Part shown: positions 29,478 through 38,536 of the stretch, piece after piece | How positions within the stretch are numbered: the stretch's first letter is position 1 | Layout of the letters: every line of letters starts with the position of its first letter | IMG/VR virus record: IMGVR_UViG_3300025849_000009 | Strand: one strand, 5' to 3' | DNA length: 64,000 nt | Origin: a virus | Notes under the pieces: generated by a model | Database searches by the model: none | Seen by the model: only the letters and a program-made list of their open reading frames with translations | What the model was told of the DNA's origin: nothing | Translations under genes and position numbers: made by a program

Positions 29478-30497
29478 TTAATTTGATAAAGGTGCTTTAA
29501 TGCTTGGATGATATTTATAATTTATAACTTCATAATCAAATTCTCCGTCTAATATATTTACATTCTTAAATGAAACTATAGGCAAGTTATAAATCTCTCT
29601 AGAGATCTGTTCCGTTGCTTGATCCACGTGGTTAGAATATAAATGTACATCACCTAAGTTTCCAATCAATTGATCTGGAATCATATCGACTTCTTCTGCG
29701 ATCAAACAAAGTAATGCCGCATAACTCGCGATATTAAATGGAAGACCTAAGAATGTATCTACTGATCTTTGATTCCACATTAGTGAGATTGATCTTTTAG
29801 GTGTTATGGTATAATAATCATCTTCGAAATTAGGAATTTGATTAGGATTATGTTCCAGTCCAGTTTCATAATTATTTCTAAACCATATATCATATCTTTC
29901 CTTGTATGATAATTCACGGGTGTAACACTGAAATCCATAATGACAAGGCGGTAAAGTCATATTTGGTAAATCTCCAACATTCCATGCACTAACCATAAGT
30001 CTACGAGAATCAGGATTTGTTTTTAGTTCTTCGATGAGGTTTGCGATTTGATCTACAAAAACAGGCTCTACTTTTTTATCATAACCAAACCAACCTCTCC
30101 ATTGTTTACCATAGATAGGACCTAATTCTCCCCATCTTTCTGCAAACTCATCATCTGTTTTGATTCGCTGAATAAACTCTTCCATCGTTTCTTGGTGATC
30201 GTGTGGTACTGAATGTTTTAAGAAGTTTTTATATGCATCACCATTCCAGATGTTACAACCATTATCAACCAAATATTTTATATTAGTATCTCCTTTTAAG
30301 AACCACTTCAATTCAGTCATCATCGTCTCAACTGCCATTCTCTTGGTAGTCAATAAAGGAAATCCATCCTTCATACTGTGTCTAATCTGTCTTCCAAAAA
30401 TAGAATAGGTTCCAGTTCCTGTACGATCTGATTTTTTTATTGAATTATGTAAGAGCGAACCCAATAGTCCACGATATTGTTCTTCTATATTACTCAT
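29478..30497 (-). CDS. thyA: Thymidylate synthase
   Basis: DRTGTGT, FPLLTTK, LGPIYGKQWR, SRR, LPPCH, QRSVDTFLGLPFNIASY, DVHLYSNH. Confidence 0.95.
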   Translation of the reverse strand: MSNIEEQYRGLLGSLLHNSIKKSDRTGTGTYSIFGRQIRHSMKDGFPLLTTKRMAVETMMTELKWFLKGDTNIKYLVDNGCNIWNGDAYKNFLKHSVPHDHQETMEEFIQRIKTDDEFAERWGELGPIYGKQWRGWFGYDKKVEPVFVDQIANLIEELKTNPDSRRLMVSAWNVGDLPNMTLPPCHYGFQCYTRELSYKERYDIWFRNNYETGLEHNPNQIPNFEDDYYTITPKRSISLMWNQRSVDTFLGLPFNIASYAALLCLIAEEVDMIPDQLIGNLGDVHLYSNHVDQATEQISREIYNLPIVSFKNVNILDGEFDYEVINYKYHPSIKAPLSN

Positions 30498-30723
30498 TGG
30501 TTTCTATACTAATCAATACCTTTTTTAGTATTGCACAGTGATCATATAATTCCTCTTTTTCAAATGCGATGAGGGCTGATCTAATATCGCTTGGTGTTCC
30601 CAATCTTGCCCAGTCTTCGAATTCCTCGGGAGTAGACAAATACTCAATTAATTTTCTAGGATTAACTAGTTCACTATATCTCTGTTCTAACGCACGCATG
30701 TGCTCTTCATTAAACTTGTCCAT
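30490..30723 (-). CDS. Small protein with UVR-like C-terminal helix
   Basis: EKEELYDHCAILKK. Confidence 0.45.
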   Translation of the reverse strand: MDKFNEEHMRALEQRYSELVNPRKLIEYLSTPEEFEDWARLGTPSDIRSALIAFEKEELYDHCAILKKVLISIETNE

Positions 30724-30748
30724 TTGTATCTTATTTGAACGTTAATAA

Positions 30749-30949
30749 TTATTCTTGATTTCTGAGGCCTCCGATATTAGACACGCTTTGTGAGGTGCAA
30801 CGCCAACATAAAACTTTATCAGTTTTTGGATCAACGCTAACTACTTCATCACAACCGCCTAAAGGGGCAAACTCGCCCCATTTTGATGTTTCTGGGTCAT
30901 GATTCATGCACTTTAATAATTTATTGCCAGGTCTGTCTTGTTTATTCAT
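30749..30949 (-). CDS. Small Cys-containing protein (possible zinc ribbon)
   Basis: C...C...CWRC spacing; first gene of the minus-strand operon. Confidence 0.5.
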   Translation of the reverse strand: MNKQDRPGNKLLKCMNHDPETSKWGEFAPLGGCDEVVSVDPKTDKVLCWRCTSQSVSNIGGLRNQE

Positions 30950-30999
30950 TTCTTAATCGTCTTTTATAATCCTTATATAATCCACTCGTTGATTTGTTT

Positions 31000-32340
31000 C
31001 ATCGCTCATAGTAATTAAAGGTCCCTGGGAAAATTCTATTTTGGGAAAATTTCAGCGACTAAAGGAAAACCCCCACACTCTATATACTCTTAATACCGCT
31101 AAGGTCCCAACCGCAGACCCGGTCTGGACCCGGGCTCATCTCCCCCGGGGGCGCGCGATTCTATTATAGACTGCAGATACCAGAGTTCGCGCGTGAGATA
31201 GTGTTCCACACTAAGTCTCTGGACTCTGATCACTCTGTCGACTCTGAGTTACTCTAAGACTCAAATTAATACCATTCACGTGATCCGTGGCCAGACTTGG
31301 CCCTCTGAGTAATTAGATTTAATTTGTTAGTGTCGACTCTGAGGGCTCTAAACGTCTACATGCGCGTGCGAGTGATAGTGTGCGCGAAACGGGCCCTTTG
31401 AGCTCTGTCCCCGGGGGACCCAATTATTTGGGAACCGACGACATTAAAAATGGTCGCGATTCTTTGGGGCCTCTCTCCACATCTGAATACTTTTTGGTTA
31501 TGTGTGTATCTGATTGATAATGAGTGGGTTACTCTGAGTGGTCAAAGGCCTAAACTGAAGTGTCCCCGGGCTGAGATAGTGTGTTCACAAAAGCGACACA
31601 AAAATTAAGCTATAGCTAATATACTTACTTAAGGTATACCTATATAATTCGGCGCTTCATCCGGGCGTGCGTACCCTAAATCGTTTTAACTTCTGGTGGA
31701 ACATTAAGCTCTGGGGTACTCTGAGCACTCTGAGCTCGGACTCATTGAAGCCATGGATTGGTGGAGGCTCCAGTGTCATATTGGTCTCTGTGAGTCATTT
31801 TGGTTCCCATGTCCCTCTGGTCCCTGTATAGGTTTATTAGTATTTGGTTGCCTGTGCTTCTCTGCGCGCGCCTGTAAGCTCTGCGGCTTCTGTGGATTGG
31901 CTCATCTGTGTACTCTGTTTGGTGTCTATGGTGTAATATGATGAATATGTGTTGGTTGCGTACTCAGCTCATTGGTACGTTGGTGCTCTTGGTGTGCGCC
32001 GGCGAGTCCATGTTATTGGTACTTATGCAGAGCTCGCTGGTAGTGATCCGCCGGAAGTAGCTCCCTGTAAGCTCCTGGGAAGCTATTTTAGCTCCTGGAG
32101 CTCGCCTGCAAGCTTCTGGGGGCTTACTCTGGAGAAGCTTCTGGGGGAGCTTACTGGGGGACTTCTCTGGGAAGCTTCCTGGGAACGCTCTGGGACTATT
32201 ATATGCTCTGGGGTGACTTGGTGCTCTGGAGTATTCTGGGGACCCTATCTTACTTCTGACTTAAAGACATGTTTTATATGCTTCTGGTCCCCTTTTGTTT
32301 CAAGTCTCTGGTATAAGTTTAGTAAGTGAGGGGCCTTTGC
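31000..32340. repeat. GC-richer non-coding strand-switch region with oriented CTCTG pentamers
   Basis: About 22 plus-strand CTCTG copies between 31217 and 32310, plus GC palindromes (CCCCCGGGGG, CCCCGGGG); divergent gene blocks on either side. Confidence 0.75.
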
Positions 32341-32342
32341 GC

Positions 32343-32433
32343 GAAAATAAATTGAAAATAAACGCTCAAATATTTTTTTATGTCGATTATTTGTGGTATA
32401 TTAGTAGTATACTAATCGAGGTTAATACCTCAC
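32343..32433 (+). promoter_or_regulatory. Repeated early promoter, copy 1
   Basis: TATTTGTGGTATATTAGTAGTATACTAATCGAGGT...ACCTC; TATATTAG at 32397. Confidence 0.8.
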
Positions 32434-32447
32434 TAAAACAATTTTAA

Positions 32448-32852
32448 ATGAGTAAAATTAAATCTTTCAACCGCCCAGCCCTTAAGGCTCTTCGTGTATC
32501 TCTTGACTCTGCCTTGGCAAAAGTAGCTGCTGAGCATGGTATCTCTTTATCTGCAGGTAACATTTCGTTTACCTCTGAGACTGCTACTATTAAACTTAAT
32601 GCAGGTGTCATCGGTTCTGGTGGTATAGCTGTTACTAAAGAAGCTCAAGCTTTTGATCGGTATAAGAGTCTGGTAGGTCTTGGTGCGCTTAATGTAGGTG
32701 ATACTATTGATCTTCAGGGTGATGAGTATACTATTAGTGGTTATAAGCCGCGATCTAAGCGATCTCCTGTGCTAGTGACTAAGGTGTCTAATGGCTCTTC
32801 TTATAAAGTGTCAGTGGATATGGTTAAGCGTTTTAACGCGCTGACTGCCTAA
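32448..32852 (+). CDS. Hypothetical early protein
   Basis: 134-aa ORF directly after promoter copy 1. Confidence 0.7.
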   Translation: MSKIKSFNRPALKALRVSLDSALAKVAAEHGISLSAGNISFTSETATIKLNAGVIGSGGIAVTKEAQAFDRYKSLVGLGALNVGDTIDLQGDEYTISGYKPRSKRSPVLVTKVSNGSSYKVSVDMVKRFNALTA

Positions 32853-32930
32853 TTGACAAAGTGTCATTGTTCGCAAACCTGTTCGCAACGTAGTGTTAAT
32901 AACTTTGTTCGCAACTAACTCGTAAGTATG

Positions 32931-32980
32931 GCAGCCCAGATTTTGGGTTGTCATTCTTTTCGTGTATATTAGTAGTATAA
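32931..32980 (+). promoter_or_regulatory. Repeated early promoter, copy 2
   Basis: TTTG(32942)-N19-TATATTAG(32965), Bacteroidota -33/-7 spacing. Confidence 0.75.
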
Positions 32981-33070
32981 GTTGAAGGCAGAGACCTTCC
33001 TTAGGGGCGTAGCTTTTTTTTCGGAGCTGGAAGAGTAGACTCCGCCCTGTGTGTTACCCACCCCGCGTTT
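32980..33070 (+). ncRNA. Candidate small structured RNA
   Basis: No ORF between promoter copies 2 and 3; GAAGG/CCTTC hairpin, then a GGGCG/CGCCC-closed multibranch. Confidence 0.35.
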
Positions 33071-33076
33071 AGTGTA

Positions 33077-33175
33077 TTGTTCGTAACTTTTTTTAAAATA
33101 AACGCTGAAAAGCTTTTTATTGTCGTTTATTTGTGGTATATTAGTAGTATACTAATCGAGGTTATTACCTCACTA
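33077..33175 (+). promoter_or_regulatory. Repeated early promoter, copy 3
   Basis: TTGTTCGTAAC upstream box, TATATTAG at 33137, leader hairpin GAGGT/ACCTC. Confidence 0.8.
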
Positions 33176-33187
33176 ATTAAAAGAAAC

Positions 33188-33646
33188 ATGATTAAAGAAT
33201 TTAAAAACAAATCGATCCAGATGACCTACGGTCTTCAATCTGAACTTATGACCACTGATATACTTTCTGAGTATGAATCAGGTGAATTTAGAATGGTTGT
33301 TAAAACCAAATTAGGTATGACTGTCTGTGATGCCAGAGACTTTGATAATCCAAGAATAATGGCCAATCCAGAATGTGCCATTAGTGGTTATAAGAGAGGT
33401 GCCCTACAGACTGTTCAGTTTAAACCTGAAGGTTCAAACTTTTGGTTGACTATCTTCTCAAGAACTGGTAAGAAAGTTAAGCTGATCGATGAATCTATCT
33501 TGGCTAACTTAACTGTTGGTACTATTAACGGTATGTTTGATAATACTAACCTTATGGATATGTCTCAATATAAATTGGTTGGTGCATCCTCTTGGGCTTC
33601 TAAAGCCTTTACTCAAAATTCACCTAAGGAAGCAATTGCTGCCTAA
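33188..33646 (+). CDS. Hypothetical early protein
   Basis: True start is probably the ATG at 33188 (MIKEFK); the track start at 33077 lies inside the promoter repeat. Confidence 0.7.
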   Translation: MIKEFKNKSIQMTYGLQSELMTTDILSEYESGEFRMVVKTKLGMTVCDARDFDNPRIMANPECAISGYKRGALQTVQFKPEGSNFWLTIFSRTGKKVKLIDESILANLTVGTINGMFDNTNLMDMSQYKLVGASSWASKAFTQNSPKEAIAA

Positions 33647-33670
33647 TTATTAATCTTAAAAAATAAAATT

Positions 33671-34108
33671 ATGCCTTATATTACAAAAGAACAAGTTAAA
33701 GCCAAAAGGAAAGCTCTTAAAGAAGCTCTTCCTGAGTACAAATTATCTATTACTACTGAACACTATAGTGGTATTAAAGTAGCGATCATGCGAGGTCCGA
33801 GTATGCTCCATGGCTCTACTTATGAGCAACTGAATCCTTATATAGATTATAGAGAAGAGAGATGGGATAGAGATCTTGAAGATCATGTTTCTTATCCTGA
33901 GATTGCTGATCTGATGGAGGTTATTATGCCTATATTGAATGATGGTATTGGTGAAGGCTTCGAAGACTCTGATTATGGTCATGTACCTGATTATTATACT
34001 TGGGTCCATATTGGTAAATGGGACAAACCTTATGTTTGTACTAAAATTGCAGGTGTAGACTTTAGTGAATCCCTTGATCAATTAGATAATTTAACTATAT
34101 TTGCGTAA
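33671..34108 (+). CDS. Hypothetical phage early protein
   Basis: 145 aa; KLSIT.EHYS.I.VAI..GP and DYY..VHIGKWDKPY motifs of a kind seen in phage early proteins. Confidence 0.7.
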   Translation: MPYITKEQVKAKRKALKEALPEYKLSITTEHYSGIKVAIMRGPSMLHGSTYEQLNPYIDYREERWDRDLEDHVSYPEIADLMEVIMPILNDGIGEGFEDSDYGHVPDYYTWVHIGKWDKPYVCTKIAGVDFSESLDQLDNLTIFA

Positions 34109-34195
34109 TTGTTCGTAACTTTTACGCCCACAATTTTTTATTGTCAACTATTTGTGGTATATTAGTAGTATACTAATGGAGGTTACTCCTCCTCT
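34109..34195 (+). promoter_or_regulatory. Repeated early promoter, copy 4
   Basis: TTGTTCGTAAC box, TATATTAG at 34158, leader hairpin GGAGG/CCTCC. Confidence 0.8.
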
Positions 34196-34209
34196 TAAAA
34201 ACGATAATT

Positions 34210-34506
34210 ATGAGCATCAACAAAATTTTAGTCCATACACAGTATTATGAGAATTACGCACACTATGAAGGTGGTGAACACTGGAAACCTAAAGGTGGTC
34301 ATAGCTTTATGATTGAGATGGATGCGGATCTTCTTTTGTATACTGATCCTGCTGAGGTTTTTGGTAAAATGGTAGAGTCTCATAGTAATGATGTTGCACG
34401 TTACAAATACATCGAGTATGAGATAGTATGGCAAGAGCCTATGGTCCTTGGAACGCAAGCTGACTATATCAAAATTAATTCGGAATTAAATCCAGAATTA
34501 GCGTAA
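34210..34506 (+). CDS. Hypothetical early protein
   Basis: 98 aa; TQYYENY...HWKPKGG motif. Confidence 0.7.
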   Translation: MSINKILVHTQYYENYAHYEGGEHWKPKGGHSFMIEMDADLLLYTDPAEVFGKMVESHSNDVARYKYIEYEIVWQEPMVLGTQADYIKINSELNPELA

Positions 34507-34559
34507 TTTGCGTGAAACTTTTTTAAATTTAAATATATAATAATAAACACAGAACTTCT

Positions 34560-35708
34560 ATGTCAATAACAACACTTTCCTCAACAGCAATTCAAAACCG
34601 TAAAGCCGAAACGCTTAACTCACAGTCTATTCGTAAGACTATTGCGGTTCGTGAAATCAATCTAATTGATGACACCACTATTGAATATAATGGTAAACGC
34701 CTTGAAATTACTAAAGATGCTTTTAAGTCTCTTATGAAATTGATTGGTATGTCTGCCACTTTTGCTAAAAAATTCGAATCTCTATTTAATGCAGAGACCA
34801 AAGCTAAATTTGTCAATCAGATGAAAAATGCTATGGCAGCTCAATTGAATGAGATTACTATTATCCTATCACCTACTACTAAGAAAGTGGTTGGATTTAG
34901 TAAACAAGCAACAGACCTCATCTCTCATGAAAGGTTTATCGGTCTTGCTGATCAGGTAATTGATCAACATGGCTTTGAAGTTACCAATTGGGGTATAGAT
35001 GCCAACACTGGATCTGTTACTATGAATGTATTTAATCCTAAGGCTCAATTTGATCTTGGTGGTCTTGGTCTCTCTGATGAGGTCTTTACTGCAGGTCTTA
35101 CTATGAAGAACTCACCATTTGGTGGTATTCAAGTTATGCCTTATGTAAATCGTATGTGGTGTACTAATGGTCTTACTACTGGTTTGGCTCAAGAAACTTA
35201 TTCTCTTAAGAACCTCAACCCTGAGTCTATGGAGAACTTTCACCAACATATGAGTCAATTGCGTAAGAATGGATTTGTACCTACTGATTTTGCTAATACA
35301 GTTAAGTTGGCTGCAGAAACTCCAGCTTCTCTATGGGAAATGGAACGAGCACACAACATTGTTAAGCGTGCAGCAGGTGATGCAGCTGACTCTTGGATCC
35401 CATTGAATGACAATCGTGCAGCATACACTAAGATGAATATGAATCCTACGGATTTCTCTTCAGCTCAGAAAAAGAATGCACGTACTGACCAATCAATTTG
35501 GTCACTTGTAAATGGTGTAACACACTGCGCTACCCACGCTCCTGAAAACTTAGTCTTCAATATGACAGATAGAGAATCTACAGAGATGATGGTCCAAGCC
35601 GGTAACATTTTAGGTAAGCAGTTTGATCTTGGTAATCAAATGGCTTCACCCTTTGCAGAAAATGCACACTTAGATGCTAACGCTCAAGTAGGTGCACTAT
35701 TAAACTAA
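34560..35708 (+). CDS. DUF932/DUF945-like phage protein
   Basis: RMWCTNG motif and late WSLVNGVT segment typical of this family. Confidence 0.55.
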   Translation: MSITTLSSTAIQNRKAETLNSQSIRKTIAVREINLIDDTTIEYNGKRLEITKDAFKSLMKLIGMSATFAKKFESLFNAETKAKFVNQMKNAMAAQLNEITIILSPTTKKVVGFSKQATDLISHERFIGLADQVIDQHGFEVTNWGIDANTGSVTMNVFNPKAQFDLGGLGLSDEVFTAGLTMKNSPFGGIQVMPYVNRMWCTNGLTTGLAQETYSLKNLNPESMENFHQHMSQLRKNGFVPTDFANTVKLAAETPASLWEMERAHNIVKRAAGDAADSWIPLNDNRAAYTKMNMNPTDFSSAQKKNARTDQSIWSLVNGVTHCATHAPENLVFNMTDRESTEMMVQAGNILGKQFDLGNQMASPFAENAHLDANAQVGALLN

Positions 35709-35870
35709 TTGGAAACTAGGAACCAAGATCACGGACAATCGAAACCGTATCAGGAGCCGTTGAGGTTCCTAGCCAATTGCTTATGAAAAAGCTAATTTAC
35801 AGGGAGTATGATCAGAGCATCAAGTTAACTGCAGTATACCACTGAGTCAGACTCAAGATCTAAGTCCCTT
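35707..35870 (+). ncRNA. Candidate structured RNA or 3' UTR element
   Basis: AATTGG..CTAGGAACC / GGTTCCTAG.CCAATT long stem; second domain AGGGA/TCCCT enclosing TGAGTC/GACTCA. Confidence 0.4.
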
Positions 35871-35871
35871 C

Positions 35872-35903
35872 CCAGCCAGTCTCTCTTAGAGGCTGGCTTT
35901 TTT
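35872..35903 (+). terminator. Rho-independent terminator
   Basis: CCAGCC...GGCTGG stem followed by a T run. Confidence 0.7.
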
Positions 35904-35924
35904 ATGTCCAACGGCTGCCTTTGG

Positions 35925-36020
35925 TGAAAATAAATTGAAAATAAACGCTAAATAATTTTTTATTGTCAATTATTTGTGGTATATTAGTAGTATACTAATG
36001 GAGGTTACTCCTCCTCTTAA
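35925..36020 (+). promoter_or_regulatory. Repeated early promoter, copy 5
   Basis: GAAAATAAATTGAAAATAAACGCT upstream element shared with copy 1; TATATTAG at 35980. Confidence 0.8.
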
Positions 36021-36029
36021 ATTAAAATT

Positions 36030-36224
36030 ATGAAAGTTATATTAGATCTTAAATTCTTTATTCCTGCTATCTTAGCCTTCGTAGTGGCTTATATGACCAT
36101 TACATCAACTATCGATTCCTATATCCATTTTGCGGGTGAGGCCAATGCTGCAGGTTTCTTTTTCATGAGCTTGTTCTTAGGTGTTATCTGTAGCGTGTGT
36201 TCATTTGAAAAAGTAAAGAAATAA
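36030..36224 (+). CDS. Small two-TM membrane protein
   Basis: 64 aa, two hydrophobic helices, directly after promoter copy 5. Confidence 0.65.
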   Translation: MKVILDLKFFIPAILAFVVAYMTITSTIDSYIHFAGEANAAGFFFMSLFLGVICSVCSFEKVKK

Positions 36225-36292
36225 TTGTTCGTAACTTTGTCAGCCCAGATTTTGGGTTGTCAATTATTTCACGTATATTAGTAGTATAATTA
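36225..36292 (+). promoter_or_regulatory. Repeated early promoter, copy 6
   Basis: TTGTTCGTAAC box, TTTG(36251)-N19-TATATTAG(36274). Confidence 0.8.
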
Positions 36293-36310
36293 AAAGTCAA
36301 AAGTCAAAAT

Positions 36311-37399
36311 ATGTCAAAAACACAATTTACATTTAAAAAGCAAAAGGGTGGAGCATTCGAGCTCTATGCACCTTCAACTAAAGAAACTATAATTGCCCGT
36401 GCTGATCACCCTAAATACGGTTGGTTAACCGGTCAAGAAGCTGGTCGAGTTATCAATGTCTATACAGATGGTAAGATGACCTCATCTAAGGATTATACCG
36501 GTCTATACAAATCAGTGCCCTCTAAAAAGTCGGCTAAACTTAAGATCAATCTAACTAAGTTGGATAATCTTAAATTCTCTGATGATCTGTTCGTCCCTCT
36601 AAAGACTGATACTGCAATTGACACATTCCTAAGTAATGATGGTGGCTACATGCCTGGTTCTAATATCATGGCAGCAGGTGCACCAGGTGTTGGTAAAACT
36701 ACTGTTCTTCTAGAGACACTATACTCAGTTCAAAAATCTGATCCTACTAAAAAGGTTCTCTTTATCTCGGCTGAAATGAATCAGCTAGATATGGCGCGTT
36801 ACCTAAAACGTTTTCCACACTGGGGTCAGCTACCAATTCTCTTCTTGAGTGACTATGTAGATGAGAATCCTCAAGCAGTAATCGAGCAGACCCTAGCACA
36901 AGGTTGGGACTTAGTCTTGACTGACTCCTACACTGAGGTCAATGACACTATTAAAGAGGCTTGTAACATGACTAGAGGTAAGACCGAAAAGTGGTTCCTA
37001 GACATGATGATCGCCAACAACCAAGGTAAAAACAAACGTAAAGTTTACACTACCTTTATCACTATCCTGCAGTTATCTAAGGGTGGTACATTCGTCGGCT
37101 CTAACAAACTGAAACACATGACCACTGCCATGCTAGAACTACAATGGAAAGGATCTGAGAACTCAGCTGAAAGGTATATGGAATTCTCTAAGAACCGTCT
37201 AGGAGGAGTAGGCAACAAGTTATTCTTTGACTTTACTAACGGAGTCCAATTTGATACCACTAGGTATAAGAGAGATCTCTTGAACCAGGAGCTGATAGCT
37301 GAAGAAAAAGAAAAGTTAAAGCATGAAGAGGATGCGTTTGACCGCCTATTTGCAGCAGTTCCTAATGAAAGTGAGCTCGACCCGGCGGATGAAGCGTAA
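36311..37399 (+). CDS. RadA/Sms-like RecA-fold ATPase
   Basis: GAPGVGKTT Walker A, FISAEM, LTDS Walker B, GSNKLKH, KNRLG; lacks the zinc finger and Lon-like domain. Confidence 0.75.
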   Translation: MSKTQFTFKKQKGGAFELYAPSTKETIIARADHPKYGWLTGQEAGRVINVYTDGKMTSSKDYTGLYKSVPSKKSAKLKINLTKLDNLKFSDDLFVPLKTDTAIDTFLSNDGGYMPGSNIMAAGAPGVGKTTVLLETLYSVQKSDPTKKVLFISAEMNQLDMARYLKRFPHWGQLPILFLSDYVDENPQAVIEQTLAQGWDLVLTDSYTEVNDTIKEACNMTRGKTEKWFLDMMIANNQGKNKRKVYTTFITILQLSKGGTFVGSNKLKHMTTAMLELQWKGSENSAERYMEFSKNRLGGVGNKLFFDFTNGVQFDTTRYKRDLLNQELIAEEKEKLKHEEDAFDRLFAAVPNESELDPADEA

Positions 37400-37700
37400 C
37401 TGGGCAGCCCAAACAGTATAACGAGTAACCCTGCCCGGCGGGTATCTGAAGTCCGGGTCTTTTAATTATACATGGGAGACTTAGTATACCTCCACCCAAC
37501 ACCGGACCTGACTAGTCTGGTGTTCTGGGATGCTGTTAGGGGTATTCGGAGCTCTGGCGTGTGTGTATATTCGCGCCCACGTTTAACTCATCTCTGGGAG
37601 CTCCTCATACTTAGTGAACGATCAATTTGCCTCTATATATCTGATCCCCTGGGGACTGACTAGAGCTTAGATTAGCTTTAGGTGATGGGTTTGATAAAAT

Positions 37701-37737
37701 TTACCACTTTCTACCACTTTTTACCACTTTCTACCAC
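37701..37737 (-). repeat. Four 10-bp direct repeats (MraZ-box-like GTGG-N6 array)
   Basis: TTACCACTTT CTACCACTTT TTACCACTTT CTACCAC, i.e. AAAGTGGTAR units on the minus strand. Confidence 0.75.
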
Positions 37738-37923
37738 CCTTGAGGGTCGGATGCCCTTGGAGCGCTGCTGTGGTGGTTTACCACCGGTGTCTAGATCTGT
37801 TCCTTGCCCTTATAGAGACAAAGAGGTATATTATTGTAGGGATGGTTAGGTATACTGGTTCCATGGTATAGGTTTGATTGGTTTGGTTTCTAGTCTTTGT
37901 ATAGATCGATTACTATTAATTGA

Positions 37924-38376
37924 TTAATCATGAAGCGTGCGAGTTTCAATTTGATCTGCTTGACGAAATGCTTCCAGTTCCCATGGTCTTTTGGCATATG
38001 GTGTTTGGAATCCATATTTCTGATCATGCCATTGCCAGTAGGTTGCGTGCATTTGCAGCTCCTGATTGGTCAACTGTTTTACATGTACCAATTCATGATG
38101 GATCACCTTCCACCAGTCTGTTATATGGAAACGATTTAGATGAATTATAAACCGGTTCTTGTCTATCTGATATGTAAATCCTTTTAGATTTGGGTGTGAG
38201 TATCCAAAATGAAATAAGATCTTAACCTGTTCTCTTGGAATTGGTCTTTGAATACTGTCCTGTATATATTGAATATGTGTTTGGTGGAGCGTGAAAATTG
38301 GAGGTGTAAGAGGTGGTTTTGGCTGACTAAACCAGATGCCAATGATGACTACTATTACTCTAATTAGGTGCTCCAT
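37924..38376 (-). CDS. Putative zinc metallopeptidase with N-terminal TM/signal segment
   Basis: HELVH (HExxH) followed by PWELEA. Confidence 0.65.
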   Translation of the reverse strand: MEHLIRVIVVIIGIWFSQPKPPLTPPIFTLHQTHIQYIQDSIQRPIPREQVKILFHFGYSHPNLKGFTYQIDKNRFIIHLNRFHITDWWKVIHHELVHVKQLTNQELQMHATYWQWHDQKYGFQTPYAKRPWELEAFRQADQIETRTLHD

Positions 38377-38536
38377 ATTTTATATATAGAAGTGATTTTA
38401 TTTAGGCTTTCTCTTGTTCTTTTTCCAGAACTCGGAGCGCCAATCCCACCAGACCCCATCATCCATTCGTTTTAGGATTCTATTCATAATTAGATAGCCT
38501 AAAACCATGATTGACATCATCTTAATAAGTAACATG

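Noticed and set aside
31120-32180. Apparent cluster of restriction-site palindromes acting as a decoy
   Set aside because: A rough count of 6-bp palindromes is only modestly above chance for this GC content; not supportable without statistics.
31753-32329. ORFs 31753..31941 and 31949..32329
   Set aside because: Atypical composition driven by CTCTG/CTGGG repeats, no promoter copy upstream; more likely non-coding, though not excluded.
33077-33187. N-terminal extension of the 189-aa ORF
   Set aside because: It overlaps the conserved promoter repeat; the ATG at 33188 after an A-rich leader is the plausible start.
35707-35870. Hammerhead ribozyme (CGAAAC present)
   Set aside because: No CUGANGA core in the required arrangement on either strand.
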